Shown here: piece after piece, positions 60,403 to 64,000 of the stretch
Numbering within the stretch: position 1 is the first letter of the stretch
How the letters are laid out: every line of letters starts with the position of its first letter
Assembly: GCA_017501465.1 (NCBI GenBank)
Contig: JAFVWY010000018.1
Coordinates: forward strand, 77,829-141,828
Source of the DNA: Bacilli bacterium
Lineage (GTDB): Bacteria > Bacillota_I > Bacilli_A > ML615J-28 > CAG-313
Direction of reading: 5' to 3'
DNA length: 64,000 bases
Program-made: the position numbers and the translations under genes
The notes under the pieces: generated by a model
The model's input: only the letters and a program-made list of their open reading frames with translations
The model's database searches: none
Told to the model about the DNA's origin: nothing

Positions 60403-61344
60403 ATGTCATTTGCTACAGAAGTAAAAAAAGAATTATTAGGACTAGACTTAACACCTTGTTGTAAGAAAGCATTAATTGCTGGGATTCTACATGGTATTGG
60501 TGAGGTTGCCATAGTAGATCGAAAATTTAAATTAAAAGTCTCATCATTTATGCCAAGTGTAATAAGATATATTGCACCATTCATTAGAAATGAATATGGC
60601 TTACAAACACAAACAAGTTATTTAGAAAGAACTAATATTAATAAAAAAAGAATCTATTGTTTAGAAATATTAGACGATCCAACAGATCTTTTAGATGAAC
60701 TGCATTTATTACCATTTGATGCAATCGTTTATGATGATGATTTAGTAGATAGTGAATGCTGCAAAAGAGCATATGTCATTGGCTCATTTATTGCGAAAGG
60801 TTCTATTAATGATCCAAGAAAAAGTGATTATCATTTAGAGATATTATTTAGAAAAGCTGAGTCTGTTATTTTAGTAAAAGAGATTTTATTTAATAATGGA
60901 ATAGAAGCTAAAGTAATAAATAAAAATAATCAATATTTACTGTATATTAAAAAATCCGAAACGATTAGTAATTTTTTAGCATATGTAGGAGCCAATTCTG
61001 GCGTCTTACAGTTTGAAGATTTAAGAATTATGCGTGATTTAAATAACGCTGTTAATCGAATGATGAACTGTGATATTTCAAATGGTAAAAAATCTTTAAA
61101 TTGTTGTAATGAACAACTTGAAGCGATTAAGTTTTTAAAAGAACATGAGTTAGATAAAAAATTAACCATTAGACTTCAAGATGCTATGAAACTAAGAGAA
61201 GAGTATCCTGATGCTACTTTATCTGAACTTAGTGATTTTTCTGAAAATATTTTAGGTAAACATTTATCTAAATCTGGTATTAGTCATTGTTTTAAAGAAA
61301 TAATGAATTATTATAAATTAGTATTAAAAAAAGGCAATAATTAA
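60403..61344 (+). CDS. whiA: DNA-binding protein WhiA
   Basis: MSFATEVKKELLGLDLTPCCKKALIAGILHG... LAGLIDG-type N-terminal domain and a C-terminal HTH. 313 aa. It sits downstream of trxB as in Bacillus. Confidence 0.9.
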   Translation: MSFATEVKKELLGLDLTPCCKKALIAGILHGIGEVAIVDRKFKLKVSSFMPSVIRYIAPFIRNEYGLQTQTSYLERTNINKKRIYCLEILDDPTDLLDELHLLPFDAIVYDDDLVDSECCKRAYVIGSFIAKGSINDPRKSDYHLEILFRKAESVILVKEILFNNGIEAKVINKNNQYLLYIKKSETISNFLAYVGANSGVLQFEDLRIMRDLNNAVNRMMNCDISNGKKSLNCCNEQLEAIKFLKEHELDKKLTIRLQDAMKLREEYPDATLSELSDFSENILGKHLSKSGISHCFKEIMNYYKLVLKKGNN

Positions 61345-61358
61345 TATTGCCTTTTTTT
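61329..61358. terminator. Bidirectional rho-independent terminator shared by whiA (+) and the DUF378 gene (-)
   Basis: aaaaaaggcaata-attaa-tattgcctttttttag. The stem overlaps the last whiA codons. An A-run lies upstream and a T-run downstream. Confidence 0.7.
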
Positions 61359-61563
61359 AGTCTATATCTTTCATATCTAATAAACAACTAACTACATATA
61401 CTACCCCTGCAATACCAACTAAAGAAAAAATAATTCTTGATATTACAACAGATAAGTTATCAAAGATAAATGTAACTAGGTTAAAATTAAATAAACCAAC
61501 TAAACCCCAGTTTAATGCACCAATGACAATTAAAGTAATGCATATTTTTTTAACGATATTCAT
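61357..61563 (-). CDS. DUF378-family small membrane protein
   Basis: MNIVKKICITLIVIGALNWGLVGLFNFNLV... with RBS GGAGGT 5 nt upstream of the ATG (complement of 61561-61563). The track ORF is extended to 61614. Confidence 0.7.
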   Translation of the reverse strand: MNIVKKICITLIVIGALNWGLVGLFNFNLVTFIFDNLSVVISRIIFSLVGIAGVVYVVSCLLDMKDID

Positions 61564-61669
61564 ATAATACCTCCATTCAAATATATTATTTACCAAATAG
61601 ATAAAACTATACATTTATTTGTATATTTTGGATGTATAAAACATATATTTAATTGTCTAGAGGTGGAAT

Positions 61670-62659
61670 ATGAAAAAAATAATTAAAATCTTATTAGTAT
61701 TTATTTTAGTGTTTTGTTTAGCAAGTTGTAATAAAACACCTAAAAAAGTTGAAAGTTTTCCAGAATATGTTAGTAAGTTAGAATCTTACAAACTAACTGG
61801 TAAATTATATTCAATGTTTCCAACAGGAACAAAAGAAAGTTTAATCACAGTGTATTATCAAAAACCTAATTTTTACCGTGTTGAAATAGATAATCAAACA
61901 AATGGTGATAAACAAATCATTTTAAAGAATAATGAAGGAGTCTTTGTTTTGGTCCCTTCAGTTAATAAAAGTTTTAAACTTAAAAGTGGTTGGCCTATTA
62001 ATTCATCCTATCCATATTTATTAGAATCTTTAAGTAAAGATTTTGTTAATGATGAAGATAAAGTAATCACGAAAGGTGACAATGAAACGACCATTGAAAT
62101 GGATGTAAAAATGTTTGAAAATGCTCAGATGACTAAACAAAAAGTCATTTTTGATAATAACAAAAGTACACCAAAAGAGGTTCAAATATTTGATGATAAA
62201 CAAAATTTAGTGACAAGATTTGTTATTGTTAATTTTGAAGAAGATCCTAAATTTGAAATAGATATGTTTAATAAAAGTCAAACAATGACATCATATTTTG
62301 AAACATATAGTCAAATTGAATATAATAGAAGTACAACCTATCCTACATATTATCCCAATAATACAAAATTAGTTGATGAGTTAAAATTAACTGATGATAA
62401 TTTAACTAAAGTGATTATGACTTATAGTGGAGAATATAATTATACAATAGTTGAACAGTTTATTATACCTTCTGAATTAGAAACAACTGATTATTTAGAT
62501 GGTGATATATATGTAATTGGTGATTATGTAGGGATTGTGAATGACAATAATATTACATTTGTCAGTCTTGGTATAGAATACTATATTGCGTCAAACGATG
62601 TTACTACTTTAGAAATGTTTAAAATGGGAAACTCCTTAATTGTAGAAACTAGTAAATAA
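61670..62659 (+). CDS. Lipoprotein, unknown function (possibly LolA-like/DUF4367-like fold)
   Basis: Lipobox LASC|NKT. 329 aa. Confidence 0.45.
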   Translation: MKKIIKILLVFILVFCLASCNKTPKKVESFPEYVSKLESYKLTGKLYSMFPTGTKESLITVYYQKPNFYRVEIDNQTNGDKQIILKNNEGVFVLVPSVNKSFKLKSGWPINSSYPYLLESLSKDFVNDEDKVITKGDNETTIEMDVKMFENAQMTKQKVIFDNNKSTPKEVQIFDDKQNLVTRFVIVNFEEDPKFEIDMFNKSQTMTSYFETYSQIEYNRSTTYPTYYPNNTKLVDELKLTDDNLTKVIMTYSGEYNYTIVEQFIIPSELETTDYLDGDIYVIGDYVGIVNDNNITFVSLGIEYYIASNDVTTLEMFKMGNSLIVETSK

Positions 62660-62721
62660 GAAACGATTTTCTTGATATTTAACTTTATTTGTGTTATAAT
62701 AACTAGAAAGTTGGTGTAGAA

Positions 62722-63162
62722 ATGATTAATAGATTTAAAAAGTTATTTCTTGTAGCGATATTTACTATCTTTTGCTTAACCCTTTCAGCTTGTAAATCAT
62801 ATGAAGATTTAGAACATGTTACACATTCAGAAATTTTTAATATTCAAGAGACTGAATATTATATATATGTGTATCGACCTAATTGCGAGGTTTGTTCAAA
62901 TCTCGAAGAAACTGTTTATAAGTATGCAAAGAAAGCTAAAAGAAGTGACGATCTTCCTAACCTTTATGTTTTGAATAAAGGGGACGGAGTAAATAATGCG
63001 GGAATTTATTGTAGTCAAGAAGACTATAAAGATTTCTTAGGAGCTACTACACCTAGCGAAGTAAAAACAAGTACATCACCATACTTATTTAAGATTAAAA
63101 ACGGTCAAGTCGTTTTAACTATTGATGATGGAAATATAATGAAAGAAAAGCTAACTTTATAG
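62722..63162 (+). CDS. Thioredoxin-fold lipoprotein with a CxxC motif
   Basis: Lipobox LSAC|KSY. 'YVYRPNCEVCSNLE'. Confidence 0.5.
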   Translation: MINRFKKLFLVAIFTIFCLTLSACKSYEDLEHVTHSEIFNIQETEYYIYVYRPNCEVCSNLEETVYKYAKKAKRSDDLPNLYVLNKGDGVNNAGIYCSQEDYKDFLGATTPSEVKTSTSPYLFKIKNGQVVLTIDDGNIMKEKLTL

Positions 63163-63173
63163 AGGAGTATAAC

Positions 63174-63650
63174 ATGAAAAAAAGAGAAAACTTTACAGAA
63201 ATATTATTTAAAAGAGCTTTCGTAATTATCCCATTAATCTTTTTACTAATCATCGCTATTGTTCTTTTTAAACCATTTGATACAGTTAATTTAGAAAAAG
63301 TAAGACATACACAAGTTCAAGACTGTCTAAAAGAAAACTTTAACGCAGCTGGTAAACAAGGTAAGTATTATGTTTTATTCTATACTGAATCTGATCGAGA
63401 TAATGAAATTATTAAAGAAGCAGTTTTGGCGTATTATAATGCTGAAAAGAAATTAAATAGTGAATTAAATAATATCTATTTAGTAAAAGCAAATGAATCT
63501 AATATCACTCAAATTAGAACAATTGATAGTAAAATTGATAGTTTATCAAAACTACCTTATATGATTTTAGTGAGTGATGGATCAGTTAGTACTAAATACG
63601 ACACTAATTCTGAGATTGCTAATGCTTTATATTCTGCATTATTAAAGTAA
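63174..63650 (+). CDS. Membrane-anchored thioredoxin-like-fold protein (no CxxC)
   Basis: N-terminal TM 'FVIIPLIFLLIIAIVLF'. Architecture parallel to the preceding gene ('KYYVLFYTESDRDNEIIKEAV'). Confidence 0.4.
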   Translation: MKKRENFTEILFKRAFVIIPLIFLLIIAIVLFKPFDTVNLEKVRHTQVQDCLKENFNAAGKQGKYYVLFYTESDRDNEIIKEAVLAYYNAEKKLNSELNNIYLVKANESNITQIRTIDSKIDSLSKLPYMILVSDGSVSTKYDTNSEIANALYSALLK

Positions 63651-63682
63651 AAAAAAAACTAGTTCAATGAACTAGTTTTTTA
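63651..63682. terminator. Bidirectional rho-independent terminator
   Basis: aaaaaaaa-aactagttc-aat-gaactagtt-ttttt. It sits between convergent genes. Confidence 0.85.
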
Positions 63683-64000
63683 TTTACAATTATCAACGCA
63701 TTCAAAAGTCTTACACATGGATTCATGTTGAGCTTTTGCACCGATCGTATCTTTTTGTTCTTTGATTTCCACTTTATCAGCATAACACATAGCGTTTCTT
63801 TGGAAAACACAGTTTTTAGCATCACAATGAATTTTAGTCTCTAAACTAATATCTTCATTGATATCTGAAATTTCAGCTAAAAAGTTTCGATGATCGCGTG
63901 GTGAGAAGCTACAACACTCGGTTTCTTTTTTAGAAAAAGAATGAGGTCCATCAATACTAATGGCATGTCTTGAACATAAGCCAGTAGCATTGTATAAACA
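63680..64000 (-). CDS. DUF1540-family Cys-rich protein, N-terminally truncated by the window end
   Basis: Minus-strand translation reads ...KIHCDAKNCVFQRNAMCYADKVEIKEQKDTIGAKAQHESMCKTFECVDNCK*, matching the DUF1540 pattern (V-x-C-x-V-x-N-C-x-Y/F...C-x-A). The motif appears twice. Confidence 0.55.
   Translation of the reverse strand, partial: CLYNATGLCSRHAISIDGPHSFSKKETECCSFSPRDHRNFLAEISDINEDISLETKIHCDAKNCVFQRNAMCYADKVEIKEQKDTIGAKAQHESMCKTFECVDNCK

Noticed and set aside
1-64000. Alternative genetic code (UGA=Trp, as in Mycoplasma)
   Set aside because: 7.5-kb and 4.9-kb AT-rich ORFs are uninterrupted in the standard code and Trp is encoded by TGG throughout. Code 4 would not be needed and stops observed are TAA/TAG.
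1-64000. CRISPR arrays, tRNA/rRNA genes, transposases/integrases, prophage genes
   Set aside because: No short regularly spaced direct repeats, no tRNA-like cloverleaf signatures (GTTCGA T-loop plus CCA context), and no recombinase motifs were seen. The apparent island (25.7-36 kb) lacks recognisable mobility genes in this window.

Overview
This is a low-GC (about 30%) Firmicutes-type chromosomal window that uses the standard genetic code. The long AT-rich ORFs stay intact and the stops I read are TAA or TAG, not TGA, which argues against code 4. The taxon looks Erysipelotrichia-like or Acholeplasma-like and is very rich in lipoproteins. I saw no rRNA, tRNA, CRISPR array, transposase or integrase.

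Layout of the window:
- 1-3329: the 3' part of an oligopeptide ABC importer (oppC partial, then oppD, oppF and a small membrane protein).
- 3347-24466: five tightly packed co-directional genes (0-30 nt gaps) for giant surface lipoproteins, 21 kb in total, running straight on from the opp genes. The first is a 2499-aa S8 subtilase with an inserted PA domain (lactocepin/cell-envelope-proteinase style), followed by a Big_2 domain, roughly 40 BspA-type leucine-rich repeats and a C-terminal membrane anchor. The others carry Ig-like Big_2 arrays, 'Listeria-Bacteroides' (Flg_new) repeats and a near-identical 153-bp tandem repeat array encoding a Cys-rich motif.
- 24645-25657: conserved rpsF-ssb-rpsR.
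- 25.7-36 kb: an accessory-looking island with AT-rich spacers. It holds a VanZ-like gene, a disrupted GyrI-like gene, an XRE-HTH+TPR regulator (RRNPP/Rgg-like) translationally coupled to an ABC exporter, a 701-aa single-pass surface protein, MscS, a truncated beta-lactamase-fold hydrolase, a small protein with a 6x16-aa repeat, and a membrane protein with a bPH domain.
- 36151-39915: a 1254-aa lipoprotein with four 66-bp tandem repeats (HEHVFVEGECECGEKDPNYVPP), Flg_new repeats, Big_2 and an Amidase_2/PGRP-like domain.
- 40-64 kb: housekeeping genes in Bacillus-like synteny: MacB-type ABC, pckA, hemW-like radical SAM, gdpP read through in frame into rplI with no stop codon, replicative helicase dnaB/dnaC, prfA, prmC, tsaC/ywlC, uvrA, a second VanZ, lgt fused to a PpaX-like HAD phosphatase, a TrxB-like flavoprotein whose NADPH-binding motifs are degenerate, whiA, DUF378, three lipoprotein/membrane proteins and a partial DUF1540 gene on the minus strand at the window end.

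Candidates for a novel system:
- The opp plus cell-envelope proteinase plus four giant modular lipoproteins operon (proteolytic/adhesive surface system with repeat-mediated variation).
- The RRNPP-like regulator, ABC exporter and surface protein cassette (putative peptide quorum-sensing module, pheromone gene not identified).
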